From Rhina ancylostomus (Eukaryota), in the NCBI GenBank assembly GCA_030265395.1, contig JARFYF010000017.1:19758970-19822969 (forward strand): DNA of 64,000 nt, in the 5' to 3' direction. The notes below the pieces were generated by a model. It worked only from the letters and a program-made list of their open reading frames with translations. It was not told the origin of the DNA and searched no databases. Shown here in pieces: positions 51,062 through 62,560 of the stretch; position 1 is the first letter of the stretch; each line of letters starts with the position of its first letter. A program made the position numbers and the translations under genes.

Positions 51062-51136
51062 CTGTTTTGCTGTTCAACTCCCCCACATAAACCCAGCTCT
51101 TCCAGGTTGATGTAGGAAAGTTGAACAGCAAAACAG
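51062..51136. other. 75-nt hairpin (perfect 18-bp outer stem, 14-bp imperfect inner stem, 11-nt loop)
   Basis: CTGTTTTGCTGTTCAACT (51062-51079) pairs exactly with AGTTGAACAGCAAAACAG (51119-51136). 51080-51093 pairs 10/14 with 51105-51118. Confidence 0.92.
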
Positions 51137-52128
51137 TAACATATTCAGTTTGTGAATAGGTCCTTGCATTGTTTAATAAAACTTTTATTTGCAGCAGTAT
51201 ATTTAATTTATAATAACAGAGAGGTTGAAGTCAAGATTCTGGTTTGCAGGTTTGATGGTGCAGTGGGTCAAATTGATCAGCACTGCTTCAGTTAACCAAG
51301 CACTCTCAATCTTGCCTCAAATTGCTGAATGACTTGCACACCAACATCAGCATCTGCAATAAACTTGCCTTTGTTTTCCCAGTACATTTTGTATGTTTAA
51401 TCATGGTCTCATTTGTCCACATAATAAATACCTAATGCTGAAGTATTCCAGGGATAGTAACACTTTCATTCCACTCACCAAAATAAAATTCCTGGTAATA
51501 TGGTTGTCACAGAATGATAGGTCTGTCATGATGTTTTTTATAAAATGATAGGGTGGAAATTATTGTGGCTGGTTTAGAACCAGAGGCTCATCTACTTGAT
51601 CATCACAACATCTGTGAGGCTTCAACACTTCAGTGGAAAGTTCTTGGGTTAAAATAATTAAAAGCTTCACTTAAGGAAGATGTCAAGATTCCCCTGGTGG
51701 ACTAATATGTGAAAGCTGTTGACCAGTACAGCACTAAAATATTCATTCTAAAAGGGTCATAATTTTGGCATGTGAAGTTAGCAAAGGTAGCATTTGGTGA
51801 GCTGCAGTTTGCTTCCACACCTTAGAAAGGGGAATAAGATGACCAGAACTCACCAACCTTGCTGATGGAGCTGTGATTCTCTCCGAGGTTAAACAACTCA
51901 CTAACACTAAGGGTCAGGAATGGCCTTCAGCATTCATAAAATTGCGGATCTTTCAGAGATTAAAAATGAATAGGGCCTGTTGTTATAGAGACCACTCGAC
52001 CCATTGGGTCTAACTTGGTTGATGATTCCAAAGTCTTATGATCAAAATCGAGGTAAAGTGTCTGGATAGGAATGTGGAACAAAGAATTTGATGTAGATTT
52101 GTGATCTTTCCATCTTCTTATCCTTTTA

Positions 52129-52655
52129 ATTTTAATAATGGGAGCATGATCCATTTACTCATTGGATCCTCACAAAATGTAACCTACTGCATAATAACAG
52201 CATTGGTGGATTGAAACCACATTCTGATTACACAGCTCACTCCAGTCACACCCCACTGCTTCAGTGACCCAGTTTTTAACCTGACCTCGGGTACTGCCTG
52301 TGTGGAATTTGCAAATTTTCCCTGTGACTATGTGGGATTCCCCCAGCTGCTCAGTTTTCCTTCCACATCCCAAAGGGTGAGAATAAGACTAATGGGACTG
52401 CTTTGACTTAGACCCAGTGAGCCAAGTGGCCTCCCTCTGTTTCATAAGGAAATGTAGCATATATATTACCACTCACTGGGGAACTGTGTTGTTGGTGCAT
52501 TTGTTATTTTTTGCTTTTTTATTCTGCTTTGATGTATTCAGTATTTCACTCTATTGACTCTTTAATGATATTAGGCATTGAGGTTTGTGCTTGAGAATAT
52601 GTTTCTGGAAGGTTAACATTTTAAGAATACTAGAGTATTAATAAAACAATATGTG
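52129..52655 (-). repeat. Right arm of ~300-bp long-range inverted repeat (52129-52249 + 52456-52655, interrupted by a V-SINE)
   Basis: For example, GATCCATTTACTCATTGGATCCTCACAAAATGTAACCTACTGCATAATAA is the reverse complement, with mismatches, of TTATTATACAGTAGGTTACATTTTACAATGATCCAATGAGAAAACGGATC at 48311-48360. Confidence 0.93.
52250..52455 (+). mobile_element. V-SINE (5'-truncated, degraded)
   Basis: CAGTGACCCAG..CCTGACCTCGGGTACTGCCTGTGTGGAATTTGCA..TCCCTGTGACTATGTGGGATTCCCC..TGCTCAGTTTTCCTTCCACATCCCAAAG (V-domain), plus a CR1-like tail GAGCCAAGTGGCCTCCCTCTG. Confidence 0.88.
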
Positions 52656-53494
52656 TACATTCTTGCCCATGCACATTTTGAGTTCCGCTTTTGCAGCAGG
52701 GAAACTTCTATCCCATTTATCTGGGCTGGATTTGAATGCAGTTGAAGAGATGAAAAGTTGATTTCTTGCTCACTCCAACATCAAGAGGACTTGAACCAAC
52801 TGTTTAAAATATTACCATCAGTTCTATTGCTTTTCTGGGATCCTCCTGTACAATTAAGCAAAACAATTAAACTGAGTTTGGCATCAACACAAGGTGGACA
52901 AGTGCATATCAGTGCAGAAGTGGCAGTATCATGAAGTCCATGATTCACACCGAAACCAGGGAGACGGGACCCTCAGCAGCATACTTATTTGCTATTTTGA
53001 GTTTGAATGTTGTGCAGGATAACTATTTGCTTTTAAACTGTTTTTAAGCTTTTTAATGAATATTTGCAGGCCTTTCATTATTCCTTTATATTGTCATTGA
53101 TGCACTGAGGTGTGAGTAGTTACCATTCAGTTTTTAGTTTGTCTTTTCAAAGTATTTTCTTGTTACCCTGGACTCCAGCAGAGGTAGTAAGCAACTAAGC
53201 TGGTCGGCAGCCGATCTGTTGTCGGGCATTTCCCAATGCAGACCAGATCAATAAAACCTATGCGGCAACGTACTGCTGTGACTGTGACACTAACTTCCCT
53301 CATCCTCTGCACACTTGCTTGAAATTGTGATTCAGCTGAAATTAAGAACTTTAGGAAATGGGGAGCTTGATCACTGAATCCTGCCACCCAATGGTGCTTG
53401 TTTTCAGAGCTCCAGAGAATGACCCCATCTGCAAGTGAGCAATACTGGAGTGCATCTCTTGCACAAATGCATTTGTTCCAAGATGAGGAATTTC

Positions 53495-53820
53495 AATTAT
53501 AATGGTTGACTAGAGCTTTTGGGATCTCTACCTTGGAACAAGAAATGGTAGAAATGTATAAGATCTCAACTATTTTAATCAGGTAGATAGGAAATCTTCC
53601 CATTAGTGGAGGGGTCAAGGACATATTTAAAATGATTGACAATGGTGCAAGGAAACATGTCATTTGCACAGACATTGTGGTGCATGCAGGTTCATTTGTG
53701 GTTTTCAACATTGGGGAAACAGAGCAATGAAGTTAACAGGATTACTCTGCAAAGAGCTGGTACAGACTTGATGGACTGAATGTTCATATCCAGCACTGTA
53801 ATGATCCTGGAAGTCTATGA
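53495..53820 (+). mobile_element. Degraded CR1 3' end
   Basis: LGSLPWNK/EMVEMYKI-like patch and the 3' UTR AAAGAGCTGGTACAGACTTGATGGACTGAATG..CACTGTAATGATCCTGGAAGTCTATGA. Confidence 0.7.
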
Positions 53821-54481
53821 AATGCACACCTCTCGCAGAATGGCAGGTATGCTGAAGTTGTGCGAAACCGAAGTCAGGTGAAGTTTTACTTGGACCTTTA
53901 CTGCAGCTGATCTCAAGTTGGACCCTGTGGCCATGGTAGATCTGTGACCACAGTATTGGCACTTAAGTTATTAAGGCACAGCCCATTTCAAGGTGATGTG
54001 TTGCTTCTCAGAATCAAATTCATATTTTGGTTTAATTATATCTGACTTTCAGATCAAAAGAAGATTCAGATTTACTCGCACGTAGTGTCTATTGGCCTAT
54101 CTCTTTTAACACAATGAGTTTCTTAGAAGAACAGCTGTGAATCCATATAACTTCCTTGTACCTACAATTTAATTTACAGAGAGTGTCTTGTGTAAAACAT
54201 TCGTGAATCTATGGCACAACTCCCCATTCACCAGCCCCTGTGATAAATTACTTCATAAAGCACAACACCACCCCCAACTCCCACCAACACCACCCCCCCC
54301 CCCCACCATGCTCTACCCCTTGTGATGCACTTTTCAAACCATGGAGTGCTCCACCACCCCCTTTGTGTAATGTAATGCTTGCTGCATTCTAGTCTCTGGC
54401 TAGCTGTGCTCTGCAGACCTGATAGCATGTACATAAAGCTGATGGAAGAGGCAATCAAAAGCTGCACTGTGAAATACCTGC

Positions 54482-54542
54482 AGAGAGAGAGAGAGAGAGA
54501 GAGAGAGTGTGAGAGAGAGAGTGTGTGAGAGAGAGGGAGAGA
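54482..54542. repeat. (GA)n/(GT)n compound microsatellite
   Basis: AGAGAGAGA...GTGTGAGAGAGAGAGTGTGTGAGAGAGAGGGAGAGA. Confidence 0.95.
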
Positions 54543-54766
54543 TGCAAAATAGTTTTAATTGGGACAATTTTAGGCCATCCAGTCACCGTATGGCTCCTCT
54601 GACAAAACAATCTGATCATATTTACACAGGTTACATTATCTCTGATGGGGTTGTTGCAGCTGCTGTTAAGTTCTTCAAAAGTTATGCCAAGGAACCTCAA
54701 GAATACTTACTTTCTTTTCTCACCGAACAGCTGGGGAACTTAATGAGCAAAAATCTCAATCAGCTA

Positions 54767-54793
54767 ACCTGACCTGACCTGACCTGACCTGAC
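54767..54793. repeat. (ACCTG)5 pentanucleotide repeat
   Basis: ACCTGACCTGACCTGACCTGACCTGAC. Confidence 0.95.
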
Positions 54794-56761
54794 TTTGCAT
54801 ATTGTCTTTAATAAGGACTTACATTAAAGCATTGAAGAAACTGTTCATTCTTTGGGAAGTGGAGGATTGTCATTGTTCTGGGGCCCCCAGTCACTGCTGT
54901 TTGTGATTAAGTTGATGTGTAAAGTTTTGCTGTTTGCTGGATTCGGCCCCTTCACAGCATTGGCACAAAGTGCTCATTCACATTTAGATTAGTCTAACAG
55001 CTCCAGGGGTCAGTCTAAGGTCAGACTTAGTAATGATGTAAGGAGAGGCATGTCTGGGATTCTTATTTTGAACTGAAACATGTACCAGGAACTATTGAGA
55101 AAGATGCACTGGCAAGTAAAACAATCCAGAGCTGTGGGTACAATCTTTCTGCTTGATGCCTTAACGGACTGTGGTCGTTGTCTTTAAAGTAACCTTCTCC
55201 TTCATGTCCTGCTTTATATGGTCCTGTTTACTAGGCCCAATGCAGCAGATTAGTGTTGTTGGGGTATTGTTTTTTTTTAAAAGAGGGAGGTTGCTGTGAT
55301 GGTAGATGGCATTCAAGCAGAATGCACAATTTTTGCAAGAAAATGTAGATGTGTTACAGCAGTAGGGAGATGTGTAGAGATGGAGAGGTGCACAAGATCA
55401 AAAAAAATCCTGGACTATGCATGAAAGAATCACAGCATGGAAGCCAGCACTCATTGTCTCTGAGCGCACTCCTGCCAGCGGTGCATGTCGTTTCTCATTT
55501 TATTACAATAAAAAGGCGCAAGGATTGTCACTTCAATAACCACGATGCAATTTCTTTTTTTATATAATTTTTTTTAAAAATTAGGAGATTACCCTTACTT
55601 TGAAACTACAATTAACTGCTAGTTAAAATCCACAAGTGGAGAAATGCCTTTTTAATGAATAGTTAATGGTTTGTTTCTTTTCGCAAAGAGATCTTAGTTA
55701 TTCTTGTCACAGTGTAATGAAATTGAACTGACTGACGGCAACTTGGGCCTCCAGGAATAATATCCCGTTTGTGGCTGAAGCACAGATATTTTACAGGCAT
55801 GAGCAAAAGATGAAATGCGGATGCTAACCGACCTTTGCCCTTCCTGAGTTACTTCATACAGTATTAGCGTTTGATGGTATTGGTATGTGAGGTACCTTAG
55901 CTTTCTTTGCAAACCTGATTTATTTTTTGCATCCTTTGATCTTTGTTTTTTTTAAAAAGTCCTGGGATTAAAAAAAGTTGTATTTTTTTAAAAAACTGCC
56001 ACAAAGTAGATTACATCGGTAAGAAAAGTCTTATTAAAAATCAATGTAGCACAGCAGGATAAGAGGTGGTAAAATATCTTTTCATATGATGGATTCCATC
56101 AGGAGGTAGATATCCAAGTCGCCACAGGGACTGCCTATTGGAATCCTACACTTGGACTGAGATTTTAATATGATTAATTGATGTGGTCCAAAATGGTGCA
56201 TGCAGAAAGCATTATAAGATTCTCTTTTTAAATCAGTTTATTTTTATTGTATCATGCCTGGTATCCAGACACCATGGTGAGGTATATTATTACCATGTGC
56301 ACAGGTTAGTGGGGGTGGTGGGGGTTGTCTCAGGGAACAGGTTGACTTTAAGCGTCTGCTTGCTTAGAGTGACACCTATAGGTCAAATATGGAAACAGGC
56401 AGACTCACAAACAATTGTATCCTGAACTATGCTTCCAAATTGAAAATCTTGAAGTATTCAGCATGATTTGGGCATATTTTATATCATCACCTTCTTCTGA
56501 GCATACTGTGTCTTTCTTAAGTGGCCTTAAATGTGACTTTGCCAGTAGACCAGCATACAATACAAATGAAAATTATGGTAAATTGACTATTTTGGATACA
56601 AGTCAATTAGGTTCTCCTTGCATTCCTCCCAGTAATGTTCTGAGTACATGTGTTCAGCTTGGAACCCTTTGTGGATGTGAGACATCCTATTCTGTGCTTT
56701 GTCTAGCTCATTGCTTTCTTTAGAAGCACATTATTCATTAACATTTTTCCTCTTCCCTCAG

Positions 56762-56869
56762 AAGAAAACAACGAAGATGTGGAAGGGCTTAATGAGTCCA
56801 CGCAGGAAGCAGAAGATTCTACCAAAGACAAAGACAGTGGGAGTGAGAAGGAACCCAGCAAAGAAACAG
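56762..56869 (+). CDS. Internal coding exon (108 nt, phase 1-1) of a long-intron gene; acidic low-complexity peptide xENNEDVEGLNESTQEAEDSTKDKDSGSEKEPSKET; tentatively MACROD2-like C-terminal tail
   Basis: Branch-like CATTAAC, strong tract TTTTTCCTCTTCCCTCAG, purine/GAA-rich exon body, donor CAG|GTAGAG, and length divisible by 3. Gene identity rests only on resemblance to the DDNNEEEEDVE segment following the macro domain in human MACROD2. Confidence 0.8.
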
Positions 56870-59800
56870 GTAGAGCAATACATGCTGCTTATTGTTCAAC
56901 CTAAATGTTTCCAGACCACTAACAGGAAGAGATTGTTGAGAGCATTTTCTAAGGAGTGGCTCCACATTTCTAAATTATGTCAATATATTTCCACAGCTAA
57001 GGTAACAGCAAATTTTTGTTGCTTATTTTGTTTTCTTATAAGTAATAGGCTGTGAGAGATTCAAAACAAAGGTAAGATTGTCAGTCCACCAAAATGATGT
57101 GCATTTGACTTGAATAGACACAACTCGATCCAACTTTTCAGACTTGATTTATTGTGATTCTATAAGTACGCCTGCAAAGTCAAGGCAGACACAGGCTGAG
57201 GAACGCCAGTGCACATGACTGAAATAACACAAGTCTACACTTGAGGTTGAAATAACCTAGATCTAAAACTTTTTGGATTGTATGCTGCCCAATGCATTCA
57301 GTCTTGTCATTTTGCCAGGGTTTTCATAATGCGTGGAAGTCACCTGTTATATGGCCAGATGACAATGTGGCATTTTACCCTTAAGCTGTTATTTGGTTCT
57401 TTTGTATGCTGTAGAATGAGTTATGTCTTGAAGACCTAACTGATGAGATTAGGCATGGAAGGTCACAGACTGGCCATCTGTAAATTCTGTTAGAATTATG
57501 CTTTAACTTGACAATTATTTCAGGGCATTATTCTTAGTGAAGTATTGGGAGCAAAGATATTTGAGTCCCCTCAGAACATTCCTTATGTTTCCCCATAGAT
57601 AAAATTGGACACAAGAACACAATTAAACCCAAAAGTCCTGAGTGATAAAGGCAAACTGAATGTTATTTTATAATTGCTTGCACCTTGATGTATCGTTCTG
57701 CTCAGGAGATTGGCAGGACCACATGGAAACTAAGAAAGATTTTTGGTCCAGTTATAGCATAATGATCACAGGCACAATATTGTCAGAAAATTATCTAGAG
57801 TAACACATTCTTTAAAATGATCATCTGTGAAACATTTAAATATTCATTGTTTGAAATGTATGTAGAGAAACTTAAGAGACTTTCTTTTAAAAAAAAGTGT
57901 CATACCTGCATAGTCAATGCAATCTAAAGTAGTCTTAGTGAAACAAAATCTGTGTTCAAAATGAATGGCTAAAAATCAAAAGAACATTATTGAAGGAGTT
58001 TGGGATTTCACACAAAGACCATTTCTGTTAATATTGCCAATCAATTTAAAAAATAATTTATCCAAAATTGGTCTAAAATATTAGCCTGGCATTCTCGGTA
58101 ATATGGCTGCTTACTTCAACACCACGCTTCTATTAAATCTCCACTTGTGTCTGGCCTCATTTTGTTATACAAAAAATTATTCTTTGATAACACAATTTCC
58201 ATAATAACTAGTTTTTCATACAAAATGCTTTGTGATTGCACAGTAATTCTTTTAGATGAAAATTGCTTTATCAGACCATAAAAATGAATAAAACCTTATT
58301 AATATGATGCATTACTTTAATGAATCTACTTATGAAGTTTTAGAGCATTTAAAGATTAGTTAGAATTATAAAACTAAACAATACTAATTGTGATAGTCTT
58401 TTCATCTGCATTTTATTTTTCATAAAGTGAGCCGTAAGAGTTACACTTTGGCACCTCTATTCAAGTTGAATTTCACAAAGGTTGCTGTATTTTACTCAAT
58501 TTGTTACATACTTGTGATTTTTAACCTGTGTGCAAAATTTACCATGTGCTATACTTTTGCATGAATCCAACTCTGCTACTCATGAATAATGTATGTGTTC
58601 TTCAATACCATGTAATCAGCAGCTTCTTGGTATGATGCCACTCTATATACCATAAATTGTCATATAAGACATTCCTTTGTTAGCTGTTGGTGAAGAATCC
58701 ATAAGTAGTGCCAATTTGCAATTTGGTTGAGAAGATTTACTATGCATGTATATAAGCTAGAACATGAAACAATGATGTAACAAGACAAAAATCCCAAAGG
58801 TTTACATTATAGCCTGTATGCCCCTGATAAGGGTATGTAAATATGGCTACAAATTCCTGAAGCCTTCTATGATGGCTTGGTATGAAAGCATCCATTATAT
58901 GTGTTCCAAAGCTAGTGGTAGTACATGTAAGAGGATGAAGAATGCATGTTATCAGCCACAATAATCTCTGATTTTCACAACCCAAGACTAGCGATGCATT
59001 GTAGTTTTAGATGATCAATTGTAATTTTACATGATTATTATTCATTACTAATGTTGCTACCATATCCTGTAGACTCTCATAGGTTCACACTTTGCAGTTA
59101 AGGATCACTTGTCACACACCTGCACATGGTAAGGTCATGGTTTTCATCTTTAAGAGCAAACCCCTGTAGAATTAAGAGGAGCCCAAAGNNNNNNNNNNGT
59201 TTCTTCACGTAATTTTTCAAATTGCAAGATGTTCAATCAAACAAAACTCTCTTAAATCCTCCCCATGTTAGAATGTGACTTTACTAGCTTTTGACAGAGG
59301 AGAGAGACGAGGGGCACAGTCACAGACATAGGGATAAGTTTCTCATGTCTCCATGCCAGTAATTTAAGATTTACTCAACACTGAAGATCAGAACTGCTCT
59401 ACTAGTTTTCAGTGAACTACAATCTAACTTCCAATACTGATAGCACAAACATTACGTAAAACCTTATGAGTCTTGGATAAGATATAATTGAGTCACAAGT
59501 TGCAAGTCTTGTATAAATGTTTTGCTTTCCAACTTAATATAATTACGAATCTGAAAATTGTGCACTGAGATCTGACACTGAAAACAGGTTTACAGCTTTA
59601 TTTTTGCATAGCAAGTCACTGGTCTATAAAACACCAAACAGCTCATCTGCTACTGCATTTACAGAGTTGCTGCTCTGGCTTCAGGCCAAGAGGACAGATT
59701 TATTTTTTTTTCTGATACTAGTACTGGTAAATTTGAACTTAGATTTTTAGAAGTTAACTGGCAGACTCGATCCTTAATAAGAGCCTATGCATTTTTGAAA

Positions 59801-62479
59801 CCAAGAATTCACCAGTTAGAGCTTCAGAAGTCTTCATTATCAATAGAGGAACCTGCCTACATCATTAAAATTAATTTAAGGAGTAATGATTTTATATATA
59901 ATGTTAAGATATTCATGGAGGCAAATATTGAATAATTCCTACTGACTAAAGGTAATTATCATATCTCACTGTTGTCCTTGTCCATCCGACACGAAGAATG
60001 AAAGAAGGTCCATATAACTTTCTTTGCAGAGAAGTGATTTAAAACCAGATGTCGTCAACTTCTATGTCATAGACAATGTTTAAGAGATGTAAATGGGCCC
60101 AGCTATAGTTGTAAAAAATAACAAAGTATGATAAATATTTCACTTATTACTAATGGAAGGGACATGGAGCGTGCCATTTTGGTGCATTGGATTAATTATT
60201 TCTAACTATAAATGTGATTCTTCATACCTACTGTGTAGAAAAAGGGAGATCGTCAATAATGTGATTGCTGTTGTGTTAGAATGTGTGTAGATGAAGATAG
60301 TGTACTTTCCTGGTCAGCAATTGGGTGGAATTCACCAATAATCTACAAATAATCGTAAAAAATGACAAATGTTTCATCATCTAGTGATTCTGAATTTCAG
60401 ATTGGAACATAATAATATGAGAGATGAAATAGATTGGCAATGGCAAGCAACACCTTTGAAGGCAGTTTGCTGATACATTTTCTTGGCTAACGGATGAGGA
60501 AATGTAATGCTAATTCGGGCAAAAAAATGCAGGCTTTTCAGATTAATATTTTAAAATATTGTTGGATGGTTGTTATCACATTTAACGTTTCAAAGAAATT
60601 GCTACCAAAGGCTGGAAATGTGAATGAACAACATGAAAAATGAAAGGTAATACTAAAGCTAGGAAGTAACACCATCAAGCCCATTGATTACTTGGCTAAT
60701 AAAAGAGGGTTTCTCCGAGCAAACGGTCTCTGAAAGTGTCTAATCATTGCTGTGCCCTATTCTCCTCCACGAGTTCCTGTACTAAAAATAAAATATTTAT
60801 GAAACCATGGCCTAAAGGTTGGAGTTGCTCACCTAACGTTGTGCGATTAGTGAAATGGACCGTTTCTGATTTGAGTTGGAGAGAGAGGAAGGGAGCAATA
60901 GCTATTAAAGATGGTATTAATGGACTGCAAGCAAAGAAAAGTTGTCATGGAAGTGTGTTTATGGTGTATAGTGCTGGCAGGCATGATTTCGATAGGCTTT
61001 GACATGTTTAACATAAATGTATACAGCAGGGCTCCTGCATTCATGAATAATTCCTTCAGGCCCCATGCCTCCCTAATTACTGAAATTGAAAAAATAGGTC
61101 ATGCGCATCTTTACTTGAACAGCAGTATTTTTTCCTTCTCTGAGTGCTTGATGTGCAGAATACATCTGTGATACAATGAGCTGGCTGGACAAACAGCTGA
61201 AAGGGCAGAGAGAATGTAAGGTGAACAAAAAATGGTGGAGAAAAGTTTCTTTTATATTAATCAGTTCAGAGCTTTACATTTTTAAATCTCTAAAAAAGAA
61301 AGGAATAAAGGATCCAGTTTTAATTGTCAGGCAAGCATTAAAAGGAAGACACTGCAAGACTATTAATTTCTAATACATCTGCCTGAGAATATTTTGCTAT
61401 TTTATTAATTTTTACTGTGAGAGACTCTAGAGTACTATATAGGAACAAAAAAAAATGACTGACTGTTCCACATTAAAAAATATATATTGCATTATTTATT
61501 TAAATACTTATAATAGAATTTCAAGTACCCAGCTTCCTTATTATGGCTTTAACTAGGTTTTGTTCTACACTCCTTAATTATCAGATCTATACATTATCAA
61601 TAATTTATTTTCAAAGGATCTCCCATCTAAATTGAATTTTTAACTTTATTCTCAGCCACTGATGGCACAAAGAATGCACAAGCCAAGCCAGTATCTTAAT
61701 AGCCAAGAGTATCATTAAATCTTTGCCAATATGCCAGCAAATAGTATGTGAAGTTGGACTGCTGTTTGAAATATGAATACGCAGCACAATGCAGAAATAT
61801 AAGAGCAAAGTAATATAAACCGAGACCGGTTTATTGTGGCATTTTTAGACTCCTCTCCCTTCTCCCTTGTCTTTTGCTCTACGCTTTAGCTTGGGAGAGC
61901 AAAAACATCAAATCTGTGGATTTTTCCAAAGATGTCATGAACCACCATCGATTAGGCCCCTTGTCCCATGCAGTCTCTTTCACCAGTCAGATTTTTCCTT
62001 CCACTCTGTGATGACATAGCCAAGGCCAGCAAATAGGAAGAAACCTTTAGTGCAGAAACCAGCTGAGACTGGAATCTGAAATTGGGTCCCTTTGTTAAGA
62101 GTCAGGACCCCTTGGGTTGCATCTACCAAGACACAAACTCACCTCTTGAAAACATCCCTGCTGTCAGTTTTTTAAATATAAATTGACAAGTTAACTGTAA
62201 AGCTGAGACATTTGGAGGGAAATGCAATGTAGGTATGATTTTTGAATCCTATTCGCTGGTGCCTGTTTAATGACCTACCTAGACTGCAAAATCAGAAGTA
62301 ACGAGTATTAAAGCTGTCTAATATACCATAGCCTTCACATTCAATTAAATCACTCAAGGGTAATTTTTTCCACAGAGCCATAAATAAAGATGGAAGATGA
62401 TTTCCGCAGCAAAAATTAACCTAATTGATGATACCTAAAATCTTTTGAGAGGCAGAGAATTGTGAAGGAAAATGTCACA

Positions 62480-62560
62480 AGGGTTAGATTGTTCGAGTTT
62501 TTAGCATCAGTGCCGTACATCAGTGAGAGGTCTGCCGTCTTTATAAATGATGTAGAATGC
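62480..62560 (+). mobile_element. Short Deu-domain SINE remnant
   Basis: CAGTGCCGTACATCAGTGAGAGGTCTGCCGTCTTTATAAATGATGT resembles the Deu core GAGGTGCCGTCTTTCxGATGA. Confidence 0.35.

Noticed and set aside
56699-57055. 118-aa ORF overlapping the exon
   Set aside because: It reads through both splice sites in a K/R-rich alternative frame; the acidic phase-1 frame is the more plausible coding one.
61815-61834. 8-bp hairpin ATAAACCG-agac-CGGTTTAT
   Set aside because: A stem of this length is expected by chance in 64 kb.
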